Virus record (IMG/VR): IMGVR_UViG_3300009703_000019
Location: 1-60,947 of that record
Reading direction: 5' to 3' (one strand)
From: a virus
Taxonomy: Duplodnaviria; Caudoviricetes
Length of the DNA stretch: 60,947 nucleotides
The first letter of the stretch is position 1. Every line of letters starts with the position of its first letter. The translations under genes were made by a program, and so were the position numbers. This document shows positions 10,473 to 19,900 of the stretch, one piece after another. The notes below the pieces were generated by a model. That model had not been told where the DNA came from and made no database searches. It saw nothing but the letters and a program-made list of their open reading frames with translations.

Positions 10473-10670
10473 TTAATCTTTTCCAGTATTATTTCTACCC
10501 CAGACTGTACTATTTCGTTCACTTTCTTTCTTCTCCGTTTTTTGTTTATTATTAAATATAATATCCCAATTATCTCTAAATTTTTTATTTGTTATTTTTG
10601 ACTGAAGCTTATCCCCAGTTATATCATTCTTTGCCGTCATGCCCTTCTCGTTTATAGTTCCATCGTGCAT
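10473..10670 (-). CDS. Hypothetical protein
   Basis: 65 aa; KNDITGDKLQSK...FRDNWDIIF looks like a conserved small myophage protein. Confidence 0.5.
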   Translation of the reverse strand: MHDGTINEKGMTAKNDITGDKLQSKITNKKFRDNWDIIFNNKQKTEKKESERNSTVWGRNNTGKD

Positions 10671-10700
10671 ATGTCTTTCCAGATCTCATAATTATATATG

Positions 10701-10898
10701 TCACCTACAAAATTCATTTAATATTGTAGCATTTCCTTCGATAACCTCAACAGTATTATCTTGAATGAAGGTGTATTTCTCCTCCATTTTATAACCGCAT
10801 TTCTTGTAATCACTCCAAGAAATGCACTCTATTTTACCGGAGAGTTTACCATCCCCATTCATTAAAGGAACTGATATCATTCCAGATTCAGTGATCAT
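10701..10898 (-). CDS. Hypothetical protein
   Basis: 65 aa; ATGA overlap. Confidence 0.5.
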   Translation of the reverse strand: MITESGMISVPLMNGDGKLSGKIECISWSDYKKCGYKMEEKYTFIQDNTVEVIEGNATILNEFCR

Positions 10899-11137
10899 AT
10901 TTCCTCGACCTTTCTTTTCAATTTATCACGCTTTCGTTTAAGATCTTTAATCTCCCGTTTTAATTCTTTCTTTTCATCTAAATATCTGTTTACATCACTT
11001 ATATCACCGCACTTAGCCTCCATACGATTACCGATACTCTGTAATTCCTCTAGTAATCCCATAACAATTGAAAAGTTTCGTGTTTTATAACAAGCTCGCA
11101 TTTCATCTATCACGGTACAAAAATATCTATTTGTCAT
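10895..11137 (-). CDS. Hypothetical coiled-coil protein
   Basis: 80 aa; strong AGGAGG RBS. Confidence 0.6.
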   Translation of the reverse strand: MTNRYFCTVIDEMRACYKTRNFSIVMGLLEELQSIGNRMEAKCGDISDVNRYLDEKKELKREIKDLKRKRDKLKRKVEEI

Positions 11138-11155
11138 GTAAATCCTCCTTTGTAA

Positions 11156-13297
11156 TTAGGCTACCAATCTAGCAAACTCTTGAGCAATTAATTTGTTCAT
11201 TTTCTTATTCTTTTGAAATTTCTTGAAATCCCGTTTAATTGTTGTAAGTCTTTTTTTATCAATAACATCACCCTTTGCTTCAGTTGAAAATTCTTCCTCC
11301 TCTGCATTGAGTCTCTTATCATGAACTACGATATAGTGATCATAACCAGCATTGTTGCTTGAGACCGAATAACCGCTTTTATCAACATCAATTCTTTTTG
11401 AAGTTAAGAAGAATCCAATCAAATTATATTTCTGACGAATTCTTTCGAATATTTTATTATTAATGATCTTCGGCATGTGACCATAAAGATCAGGATAAGG
11501 AATTTCTATATTGGGATGACCCTCAACAGAAACGATAAAGGTTTTAGTTTTAGTTGATCCAAAAAATCTAGAAGTATTATCGGGAGAAGTAACTCTCACA
11601 TCCTGTGCATCACCATCGGTTAAAAAGATAACATTCAATTTATCAACTCTATTTCTTTTGAGGAAATCGTCAATCATAAGAAGAGAAACTGCCGAGGTTT
11701 CAACAAGTGGTGTACCTCCGAGTTTAAATGCAGGCTCTATAGCCCATCTATGTCGGGACCATTTATTATCATTATGATCATATGGTTTATGACGAGCAGA
11801 AGTAATAACAGATGAAAACATAACTCTCTCAAACATTTTATTTAATTTGGGGGTTGACCATTTAGAGTCTCCGATCTTAACCAAATTAACTGCCCAATTG
11901 TGAGTATCATATTTAGATTTATTATCTTCTCCTCTCCAGGATCTATATTTTTCACTGTTAGTTGTAAAAGAATATAATTCAAAAGGAATATTAATTCTTT
12001 TAGCAAACATGGATAATATGATCGATTGTTTAACAGTTTCGTGGAGTCTGATAGACATTGAGGCTGAAAAATCAATGTACATAATGAGACCGTGATTCTT
12101 AGAATCTGGCATATTTAGAACAGTTTTAAAAATCCGATCGTCTAATTTATATTTCCAGAGTTTATTAACGTCAATTGAACCTGAAGTGGATTCTTTGATT
12201 TTTCTAGATTCCATTGCAGATTTACGAAGTTCGAATTGTTGAACCATCGCATTAACTGCTGGTTTAATATCCGAAATAAATTCTTTATATTCTGAGGAAT
12301 ATTCATTTCGAAGTCTTGTATATTCTTCGGAAAAATCTTTCATAACATATTCTAGAGATTTTTCAAAATCCTTCTCTGAATATAACCATTCTTCCTTTAA
12401 TTGTTTTTTAGTAAATTTAATTTGGGTTATTACAGAGTCGGAATGTGTTAATTTACTTTCATTGTTTCTAAAATTTTGATCGGTAACAGAATCATAGAGA
12501 TTGTTATCTCCAGTGAGAGCTTCATCTTCCGTTTCATAGTCACCGGGTGGGATATCATCATCTCTCTGCTGAACCATTTGGGTTTCTTCAGAATCTTTCC
12601 CTTCTTCGCTTTCTTCTGAATCCCCATCCTCTGAACCAGAATCTTCTTCACTTTCTTCTGAATCTCCATCCTCTGAATCGTAATCTTCTCCTTCTTCATT
12701 TTCAGATTCTGAATCCTCTGAGTATTCCTCTTTCTTAGATTCCTCATTTTCTTTTGAAATGAAGTCCATTAACTCTCGAGAAATTGAAATAGTATCATCA
12801 AAAGTTTGAATTTCAAAAACCTTTGACATCATAACAGATTCAGCGAAAGAGAATTCAAGATCAATTGAATTATTTAATTTAGCTTTAAGATTAAGTCTAT
12901 CAAGGAAACTGAGTTTATTTGGATCGACATCTTTAATTCCAAAGAAGTTATCCGCCATAAGACGTTTGTAACCTTTAACGAAATCATTAATTAATCCCGG
13001 ATAAAATTCTCGAATCATTCGTTCAATACGAACATCTTCGACAATATTCAAAATAGAATGAGGAATATCAACAATTTTGGGAAATGCCTCTCCATCGTGA
13101 GAGAAAATGTCAGGGGTATAAAGAGCGTGACCAACTTCGTGCCCAATAAAGAGCGGATAAGCGTCGGAATATTCTTCCTTCAATATAGGTAATCTAAGTA
13201 TTCGGTTCGCTGGATCAAAGGAGGCAGTTTTGAAGTTTCCCTCAATTACCTCCAAATCCTCTCGAGCCATTAACTTAGAAAGTAACGATTTATTCAT
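11156..13297 (-). CDS. CobT-like protein: HExxH metallopeptidase-like domain, acidic linker, VWA domain
   Basis: HEVGH and NIVEDVRIE; D/E/S-rich linker; MIDAS DFSAS...GGTP...LTDGD. Confidence 0.8.
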   Translation of the reverse strand: MNKSLLSKLMAREDLEVIEGNFKTASFDPANRILRLPILKEEYSDAYPLFIGHEVGHALYTPDIFSHDGEAFPKIVDIPHSILNIVEDVRIERMIREFYPGLINDFVKGYKRLMADNFFGIKDVDPNKLSFLDRLNLKAKLNNSIDLEFSFAESVMMSKVFEIQTFDDTISISRELMDFISKENEESKKEEYSEDSESENEEGEDYDSEDGDSEESEEDSGSEDGDSEESEEGKDSEETQMVQQRDDDIPPGDYETEDEALTGDNNLYDSVTDQNFRNNESKLTHSDSVITQIKFTKKQLKEEWLYSEKDFEKSLEYVMKDFSEEYTRLRNEYSSEYKEFISDIKPAVNAMVQQFELRKSAMESRKIKESTSGSIDVNKLWKYKLDDRIFKTVLNMPDSKNHGLIMYIDFSASMSIRLHETVKQSIILSMFAKRINIPFELYSFTTNSEKYRSWRGEDNKSKYDTHNWAVNLVKIGDSKWSTPKLNKMFERVMFSSVITSARHKPYDHNDNKWSRHRWAIEPAFKLGGTPLVETSAVSLLMIDDFLKRNRVDKLNVIFLTDGDAQDVRVTSPDNTSRFFGSTKTKTFIVSVEGHPNIEIPYPDLYGHMPKIINNKIFERIRQKYNLIGFFLTSKRIDVDKSGYSVSSNNAGYDHYIVVHDKRLNAEEEEFSTEAKGDVIDKKRLTTIKRDFKKFQKNKKMNKLIAQEFARLVA
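12601..12680. repeat. Imperfect 39-bp tandem repeat encoding SEDGDSEESEE twice in the acidic linker
   Basis: cttcttc.ctttcttctgaatc.ccatcctctgaa occurs twice. Confidence 0.7.
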
Positions 13298-13331
13298 AAT
13301 ATATATACACCTTTTATCAATTTATACATAT

Positions 13332-13361
13332 ATTATATCAAATTTAACAGTGAATGTAAAC
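13332..13361 (-). promoter_or_regulatory. Early-type sigma70 promoter GTTTACA-N17-TATAAT with AT-rich UP element
   Basis: Counted 17-nt spacer; T4 early -35 GTTTAC; upstream of the VWA gene. Confidence 0.8.
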
Positions 13362-13378
13362 AATTATTTTCATTTATT

Positions 13379-13534
13379 TCACCTTTGATGCTGTATTTTT
13401 GTCATACCCACTAATTTAAACCATCTTAGACAATGCGGACATCTAATTTTAGATAGAGAATAAAACCTAACAAAAGACCCGGGTTTACCCTCATCACACG
13501 GACATTTAAAGTCTGTTATATCAACTTCTTTCAT
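13379..13534 (-). CDS. Small Zn-ribbon-like protein (51 aa, not in ORF track)
   Basis: Hand translation MKEVDITDFKCPCDEG...RCPHC...; Cys pairs. Confidence 0.5.
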   Translation of the reverse strand: MKEVDITDFKCPCDEGKPGSFVRFYSLSKIRCPHCLRWFKLVGMTKIQHQR

Positions 13535-13985
13535 TTCCAAGCGCTAATACCAGATAATGAATAGCCTTAAGGAGATCTTTTTTATTTTTACCACCCTTTT
13601 TACCATATCGCATGAGATATTTAATGGTAGTATCAATACAAGAATCGGTCATAGACCCGCGCGCCTTCCATACATCTAAGGTTTGAACCTCATTATTTTG
13701 GTTGGTGTAATGCTCAGAATATGTCGATTCAATATATTTTTTGATTTCTGTTAATGTTGACAGTTCCGAATAATTATACTTAAAGTTAGTATCAGATCCA
13801 TACATTCTTTTGTATTCCGAATCCTCTTTAAAATCTATTTCTGGATCTGGAAATTCGTTGAAATTTGGTGCACTATTCAACTCGAACCATTCTTCCCAAT
13901 CAGTTTGAGTTGCTTTCCAATTAATAGCATCACAATTAATTTTGGAAAATTTAGAATCCATCATAGTACTCCATTCCTCACCCAT
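13521..13985 (-). CDS. DUF3310-like protein (T7 gp1.7 nucleotide-kinase-like)
   Basis: YSEHY...IKYLMRYGKKGG...DLLKAIHY. Confidence 0.7.
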   Translation of the reverse strand: MGEEWSTMMDSKFSKINCDAINWKATQTDWEEWFELNSAPNFNEFPDPEIDFKEDSEYKRMYGSDTNFKYNYSELSTLTEIKKYIESTYSEHYTNQNNEVQTLDVWKARGSMTDSCIDTTIKYLMRYGKKGGKNKKDLLKAIHYLVLALGNERS

Positions 13986-14106
13986 TTAGCAGTGGGATGT
14001 CGTTTTTTAGTATAGGTTCCATGCCCAGTTTGTTTTGCTAGAGGTTTACCCCTAGCAGTTCTTTCATTACTTTTGAATGGTTTATATCGTTTACTCATAA
14101 TTCACC

Positions 14107-15072
14107 TCACTCTTCGTATTTGTTTGATCTAGAATTAATGATATTAATTGTTTCTAATATATTCTTTGCCATTTTCTCTGATGCAACATCTATCATTTTA
14201 CCGTCAAGAGATGCTGCACCTTGTCCTGCTTTAGATGCTTTGTATAATGCATCAAGTATTCTTTCTGCCGTGGTGACTTCTTCTTTTGATGGTGTGAATA
14301 CTTCATTTGCAAGTGGTATTTGTGACGGATGTATTGCCCATTTACCAGTACATCCGAGAGCTGCTGCACGCTTAGCTGCTAGTACATATCCCTCTTTATC
14401 CTTAATATCACCGTATGGACCATCTACGGGTCTGAGACCATACGCTCTACATGCAACCACCATTCTTGATAAAGCAGAATGCCATTGATCACCAGGATAA
14501 TTCTCATTGAGCCCACCGATATTGGTAGTTCTTGCTCGAGTAGATGCAGCATAATCGGCAACTCCAAAATGCATGGATTCTAATCTAGAATTAACACTCT
14601 TCCTTGCAATTTCATCAACATTAGACATACCAAGAGCAGTTTCTATTAGGCATTCTAATCGAACAGATCCCTTTTTGAGATTGTGTTTTATTTCAAGAGT
14701 ATTAATGATACATTCAACCATGTATATATCATCAAATACACCTACCTTTGGTATTAATATAGTATCTAATTTTTCTCCGCAATGTTCAACCAACTGTATT
14801 ACATCATCAAGCCAATAACCAGTTTCAAGTCCGTTGATACGAACACATATAGTTTTATTTGCGCCTTTCCAATCTAGATTATTAATTCCAGCAATCACAT
14901 TAGCTCGTGCCTGTATCTTATCTGGTGTTGCAACAGAATCTTCCAAATCTAGGAATACAAAATCTGCATCGGAATTTAATGCTTTCTCAAACATTTTTGG
15001 ACTAGATCCCGGAACTGTTAAATCACATCTCTGAAGTCTTGATATTGCGGGTTCGTATACTGTATAACTCAT
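14107..15072 (-). CDS. mcl: Malyl-CoA lyase (CitE/HpcH-HpaI family)
   Basis: LDLEDSVA, VRINGL, LIETALGM, FGVADYAASTRART, ACRAYGLRPVDGPYGD, GKWAIHPSQI; follows recalled MclA sequences along its length. Confidence 0.88.
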   Translation of the reverse strand: MSYTVYEPAISRLQRCDLTVPGSSPKMFEKALNSDADFVFLDLEDSVATPDKIQARANVIAGINNLDWKGANKTICVRINGLETGYWLDDVIQLVEHCGEKLDTILIPKVGVFDDIYMVECIINTLEIKHNLKKGSVRLECLIETALGMSNVDEIARKSVNSRLESMHFGVADYAASTRARTTNIGGLNENYPGDQWHSALSRMVVACRAYGLRPVDGPYGDIKDKEGYVLAAKRAAALGCTGKWAIHPSQIPLANEVFTPSKEEVTTAERILDALYKASKAGQGAASLDGKMIDVASEKMAKNILETINIINSRSNKYEE

Positions 15073-15344
15073 AATTTTCCTTATTCAATTATATTAATAA
15101 TGATATGTATTAGTTCTATAACTCCAAGAGATAATATGTATATTATCATTCCTGAAGCTATTAATACTGTTATAATATCCCTCATTGATCCGGTTTTTTC
15201 TGGACAGGGAATTGTGCATCCTTCCATCTCAATTTAGCCCAAGTTCTATAGGTATCATCCTCGGGATCAACATTTTTGTCATACGTCTTATAAAATTTTA
15301 TAAGCAATGTTCTATTTGATCTTTCCCATTTATCAAAATTCATT

Positions 15345-16292
15345 TCAAGACACCAATGCCTTCAATGATTCCCCATTATAAAATCTTCTTATTGTTTCAG
15401 ATAATAAATCTTCAATACTAATAACTTTAATTTTGAGGGGGAGATCTTTTACTTGCTCAATGGAATCAGATATATATACCTTCCCTAGATTAGAATCCTC
15501 AATTCGTTGTATTGCCTTTCCAGAAAATACACCATGAATGGATATAGCATCCACCGATTTCGATCCAGATTTTTCTAATGCCTCTACAGCACCAATTAAT
15601 GTTCCACCCCCATCAATCATATCATCCACTATGACACATTTTTTATCGGTAACATTCCCAATAACATTCATAACTTTAGATTCGCCAGGCTCTGGTCTTC
15701 TCTTATCAATAATAGCTATAGGAAGATTTAATAAATTGGAAAAATATCGAGCCCTAGAAGTACCACCCACATCTGATGAGACTACAACATCCCAATAAGA
15801 AGGAACAATCGCGGCAACGATAGAATCCCTCATAGTTTTCAGTCCAGATATATGTTCACATACTACATTGTTATTAAAAAATCCCTGTGTCTGGAGTGAA
15901 TGAAGATCCATACAAATGACAGAATTTATACCAGTATGACAAAGCATATTAGCAATCACTTTACCCGATATTGGAGAGCGATTGGTTCTTCTATCCTGGC
16001 GAGCGTAAGGATAGTAAGGAAATATGACATTTATTTTGGAGGGGTTTGATCGACGAACAGCATCAATGATTAACATAAGTTCAAGTATGTCATTATTTTT
16101 ATTTGAGTCTTTAGAAAACCCCGCGATGAGGAAAATTTCTTCCCTTCGTATATTTTCTTTTATTTCAACGTATATTTCGGAATCGGGGAAATCCCGAACA
16201 TACATTTTTGCTAGTCTTACATTAAGTTTCTCTGCTACCTTTTCTGCTAGGATTCTATTCGATCTTGTAGAAACCAATTTAAAGTTTTGCAT
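15345..16292 (-). CDS. prs: Ribose-phosphate pyrophosphokinase (PRPP synthetase)
   Basis: FPDSE, PYYPYARQDR, DLHS.Q.QGFF, IDKRR, VIVDDMIDGGGT. Confidence 0.95.
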   Translation of the reverse strand: MQNFKLVSTRSNRILAEKVAEKLNVRLAKMYVRDFPDSEIYVEIKENIRREEIFLIAGFSKDSNKNNDILELMLIIDAVRRSNPSKINVIFPYYPYARQDRRTNRSPISGKVIANMLCHTGINSVICMDLHSLQTQGFFNNNVVCEHISGLKTMRDSIVAAIVPSYWDVVVSSDVGGTSRARYFSNLLNLPIAIIDKRRPEPGESKVMNVIGNVTDKKCVIVDDMIDGGGTLIGAVEALEKSGSKSVDAISIHGVFSGKAIQRIEDSNLGKVYISDSIEQVKDLPLKIKVISIEDLLSETIRRFYNGESLKALVS

Positions 16293-16321
16293 ATAGTCTC
16301 ACCTGTCATATCAATAATTAC

Positions 16322-16351
16322 ATTATACTACATTTCCTCAGTGTTGTAAAC
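16322..16351 (-). promoter_or_regulatory. Early-type promoter GTTTACA-N17-TATAAT for prs/mcl
   Basis: Counted 17-nt spacer. Confidence 0.8.
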
Positions 16352-17103
16352 TATTCTTGGGAATTAAATTTCTCGCAGAGTTTATGATATTTAACAGACG
16401 AATGATCCCAGAATGAATCAATCTCGAAGTTTTTAAGTCCTACCAGCATACCAATAACATATTGTTTAAACATGTACCATCTACTGAAACCGTGTACATG
16501 ATTACCCTTTCTATCAAAATAATTTAGGTGACCAATATGAGTATACCCAATGAATTCGGGTGGCTGGCGAGTTACAATATCATTGTTATTTCTAAATCGA
16601 TAGAATTTGGGTCTAAACGCTTCACGAAATTCTGAATTACCTACTCTCGGTGATCCGTATGTATATCCAACTACATTTTCGTCACCGAGTCTTCCAGCTG
16701 CAATGGTTGCTAGGGCAGCACCAAGGGAATGACCAGTGAGGAAAATATTTTTCTTGGAGACAGAATTCTTTTCAAAATGATCAAGAAAATCATCCCAAAT
16801 TAAATCAAGACCATCTTTAAATCCCCGGTGAACTCTACCAGAAGAATCTTCAGAAGCCTCTGTTTTACGAAATCTGATATCAGTTTTAATATCAGATAAT
16901 TTTTTTGGTTCGGTGCCTCGAAATGCATAAATTAAATCGTTGTCATCCCATAGGGCATAGCATTGTGTAGATCCAGAATTAAAAAACTTAATGTCAAAAT
17001 GCTCAGAATATATATCAGAAAATTCCATAACTTCAAGATAAGCATTCATCGACAATTCAGAAAAGAATTCTGCGTTCGCTTTAGAAAACCCTGAATCTAA
17101 CAT
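16351..17103 (-). CDS. Lipase, class 3 family
   Basis: AFRGT, VHRGF, LTGHSLGAALA nucleophile elbow, YTYGSPRVGN, DIVT..P, C-terminal DH. Confidence 0.9.
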   Translation of the reverse strand: MLDSGFSKANAEFFSELSMNAYLEVMEFSDIYSEHFDIKFFNSGSTQCYALWDDNDLIYAFRGTEPKKLSDIKTDIRFRKTEASEDSSGRVHRGFKDGLDLIWDDFLDHFEKNSVSKKNIFLTGHSLGAALATIAAGRLGDENVVGYTYGSPRVGNSEFREAFRPKFYRFRNNNDIVTRQPPEFIGYTHIGHLNYFDRKGNHVHGFSRWYMFKQYVIGMLVGLKNFEIDSFWDHSSVKYHKLCEKFNSQE

Positions 17104-17104
17104 A

Positions 17105-17296
17105 TCATTCTCCGCAGGTTACTTTAATAGAATGCGGGGCAAGAGATTCATTTAGACCCCTTCTAAGTGCATTTCTACCAGCTTCAGGAACAGAACAATA
17201 TTTGTTCACTGCATGAGATGCCGTCAACTTAATTGTATCTATTGTAGAACATCCCGATATAAACATAATCGAACACATTATTATTACTTTTTTCAT
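17105..17296 (-). CDS. Small lipoprotein
   Basis: Signal peptide with lipobox ISGC. Confidence 0.65.
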   Translation of the reverse strand: MKKVIIMCSIMFISGCSTIDTIKLTASHAVNKYCSVPEAGRNALRRGLNESLAPHSIKVTCGE

Positions 17297-17353
17297 AATT
17301 TACTCCAGTTGATAAATTGGGGTTTTCACACCCCAATCAATAGATATAATTTC

Positions 17354-17680
17354 CTATTTAAAATTATATTTATATTCTACAGCCACATTTTCAATATGTT
17401 GATCGGTACCTTGAAATACGTCCCAGGGACCAGACATATTGAAACGGTTATACATTACTCCAACCTCATGAACTTTTGCAGTGCCGATATAGGCAGTAGT
17501 AAACAGTCTTAGGGAATTGGAATTTTGAGAACCAGACCAAAAATCATTCATTGCATCCGCATCTTGTGTCCACCGAAATCCAGCATCCTTCATCTGAATG
17601 TCGAAAGCATCGCCAGACATTACTGCGCTGGATGTAGTTAAAGCAAACATTGCTAAAATCAAAACTAATATATTTTTCAT
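17354..17680 (-). CDS. Secreted protein, possibly outer-membrane
   Basis: Signal peptide; C-terminal VEYKYNF(K) resembles a beta-barrel signal. Confidence 0.55.
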   Translation of the reverse strand: MKNILVLILAMFALTTSSAVMSGDAFDIQMKDAGFRWTQDADAMNDFWSGSQNSNSLRLFTTAYIGTAKVHEVGVMYNRFNMSGPWDVFQGTDQHIENVAVEYKYNFK

Positions 17681-17705
17681 TTTCTACCTTTATTATTAAA
17701 CAACA

Positions 17706-17930
17706 AAATCGATCCGTTCTGTTGCCAAGTGGATCAGACTCCGCGTTTTAACCTAGAGGCTAAGCAGCAAGTGCAAAATTATCTTCTGCGTTTATATTTT
17801 TGATTTTTACATCTTTCTTGATGGGCGGTCAATATATCGTTAACACATTGTCGAAACTGTTCTCTCCCATTGGTGGAAGAGGCGGGAATCGCACCCGCGT
17901 CCAACATATCTCAAATATACATCATACTGC
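17706..17930 (-). ncRNA. ssrA: tmRNA, circularly permuted (two-piece); tag (A)AEDNFALAA
   Basis: Minus strand reads GGAC-GCGGG TGCGATT CCCGC-CTCTTCC-ACCA-AT-GGGAGAG-AACAGTTTCGAC, a perfect acceptor stem with G3.U70; tag ORF 17789-17760; downstream TCTG/CAGA + GATCC/GGATC pseudoknot; outer ends approximate. Confidence 0.9.
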
Positions 17931-17934
17931 CATA

Positions 17935-18150
17935 TTACCCAAGTGCTATAGCCATCGCTGTAGCTACTCCAGTATCTTCTTTTGTTGTAACATCAACATA
18001 GTTAGCAACCTCAACAATTGTCCCGCTAGCCAATTTTGTATATAGTTTTTTATCAACTGCATTCATAGCGATTTCACCCACATCTAGATCAGATGCAGTG
18101 GGAATACTACTTGCTGTTTCCGATCTTTTTATCTTTATTTTTGTCGCCAT
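17935..18150 (-). CDS. Short tail-fibre N-terminal-domain-like protein
   Basis: MATKIKIKRS..PT..L..GE.A.N..DKKLY, paralogous to the N-terminus of 18271..19887. Confidence 0.6.
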   Translation of the reverse strand: MATKIKIKRSETASSIPTASDLDVGEIAMNAVDKKLYTKLASGTIVEVANYVDVTTKEDTGVATAMAIALG

Positions 18151-18270
18151 TCTCTTTACTCAGTAATCTGGTTTCTAACAAAATATTTTGTGTTGTCAAT
18201 TCGTTGATCCGATTCTGCATAACTTTAATTAGATCATTAATATCATATTCATCAGTTATAGTTTTATTCA

Positions 18271-19887
18271 CTAAAAGGTACCACCATCTAGATCACCAAA
18301 TGCAGGGGCAGCGGCACCATTCGACATCATAACTTGACCTAAAGTCCCAGCACCAAGAACAGTTAATTCTCCTGTTCCACTTGCCATTAATAATCTATAG
18401 CTAGTTAAAGCTGAAACCCCTGTACCACCATTCAAAACAGGCAATATACCGGTAACTTTAGTCGTTAGATCAATACTTGCATTGGATATCATTGCATTAG
18501 TGATACCTAACGATTTTACATTTAATGCATCCGTTGTAATCTCAATTGATGAATCATCAACAGAAACGTCTATTTGATTCCCAACTTTAGTTAAACCCGC
18601 TCCTGCTGATATTTGACCTGCACCAGAGAACTGTGCGAATGTAATATCGGAAGTTCCAAGTGTTGGAGTTCCATTATGAGTTGTTACATAACCATTATCA
18701 GAATTATTCGATCCTTCTTCAACAAAGAAAAATGCTCCACCGGTTAATTTAGCTCCCGTATTTGCATCAGTCGCTCTACTTAATATATATGCAGCGGAAA
18801 CCGATCCAGCATTAGTTACAGTGTAAATACCATTATGTTCTTCATTTGGTGATACTTGATCTTTAACTAATATTCTATCCCCTACTGTCCATGTAGTAAT
18901 ACCATCAACTGAAAGAACCCCATTTGAAGATGCAGTTAAAACATTAGAACTATATGTTGTTCCCAAATTGGTTGTTGTAGCTACTCGAACAGATTCTTTA
19001 ACATCTAAACCATTTATTGTAGCATCAACATATGCTTTTGTTGCCGCATCCTGATCACCAGTTGGATCAGCGACATTAGTAAGTCTATTGCTACCCATTG
19101 AAACAGTTTGGGTTGAAGAAATTGACAATCCATCTAATGTGCCGAGTGAAGTAATATTAGGTTGTGCATTTGTTTGTAAAGTTCCTGTTAAATCTGTAGC
19201 AGAAAGAGAAGTTAATCCAGAAATTGTTGGGGATAATCCGAGAGTAAAAGTTCCACCTGATTGGGTTACAGTTGTTTCGTTTGCTATTGGAGAAATGGTA
19301 AATGAACCACCGAGGGAAATACTAGATGATGTTGTACCATCGGTAATAGAAATATCAGAATTTGTTAATGACGAATTTGGAATCGCTGATGTTGCAACGG
19401 TAGTAGTCCCAGCAGAATCGTTATAGGTAATTGAAATACCAGTACCATCTGTAATAGATCCACCAGATATATCTTCAATATATTCTTGGAGTGTCGTGGA
19501 AGAATCGGTATACATATTATCAACAACAGTTTTACCTGCGCCCGTTGGTGATATTATAATATCCCCTGATGTAGAACTTAATGTATTACCATTTAATTGT
19601 AGATTATCTACTTTAATCTGATCTATTTTATTGTTCGAATCTGTAACAATTCCAGATGATGCGGTCAGTACTCCTGGTACATGATCCAGCATTTCTGTGA
19701 AATATTTACCACCGACAATTTCGATATTAGCAGCAACTCCGTTAGTTTCTGTCCCAGTACCAACAAATAATCTATCTCCAAAATTCCCCTGAGAACCAGA
19801 TCCATAGGTATATGCTAATTCACCATTCCCTAGTTCATTTGGAGTAGTAGTACCAGCACTCCTTTTTATCTTTATTATAGTTGCCAT
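18271..19887 (-). CDS. Tail fibre / virion structural protein
   Basis: G/S/T-rich; DAATKAYVD and KESVRVATT...DRILVKDQ...NGIY motifs; C-terminal DGGTF. Confidence 0.8.
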   Translation of the reverse strand: MATIIKIKRSAGTTTPNELGNGELAYTYGSGSQGNFGDRLFVGTGTETNGVAANIEIVGGKYFTEMLDHVPGVLTASSGIVTDSNNKIDQIKVDNLQLNGNTLSSTSGDIIISPTGAGKTVVDNMYTDSSTTLQEYIEDISGGSITDGTGISITYNDSAGTTTVATSAIPNSSLTNSDISITDGTTSSSISLGGSFTISPIANETTVTQSGGTFTLGLSPTISGLTSLSATDLTGTLQTNAQPNITSLGTLDGLSISSTQTVSMGSNRLTNVADPTGDQDAATKAYVDATINGLDVKESVRVATTTNLGTTYSSNVLTASSNGVLSVDGITTWTVGDRILVKDQVSPNEEHNGIYTVTNAGSVSAAYILSRATDANTGAKLTGGAFFFVEEGSNNSDNGYVTTHNGTPTLGTSDITFAQFSGAGQISAGAGLTKVGNQIDVSVDDSSIEITTDALNVKSLGITNAMISNASIDLTTKVTGILPVLNGGTGVSALTSYRLLMASGTGELTVLGAGTLGQVMMSNGAAAPAFGDLDGGTF

Positions 19888-19900
19888 TTTTTATCCTTGT

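Noticed and set aside
12601-12680. Tandem repeat as a regulatory or CRISPR-like array
   Set aside because: It is an in-frame duplication within a low-complexity acidic linker.
17871-17902. Truncated tRNA or att-site remnant
   Set aside because: Better explained as the acceptor piece of a permuted tmRNA, given the adjacent complementary 5' strand and tag frame.
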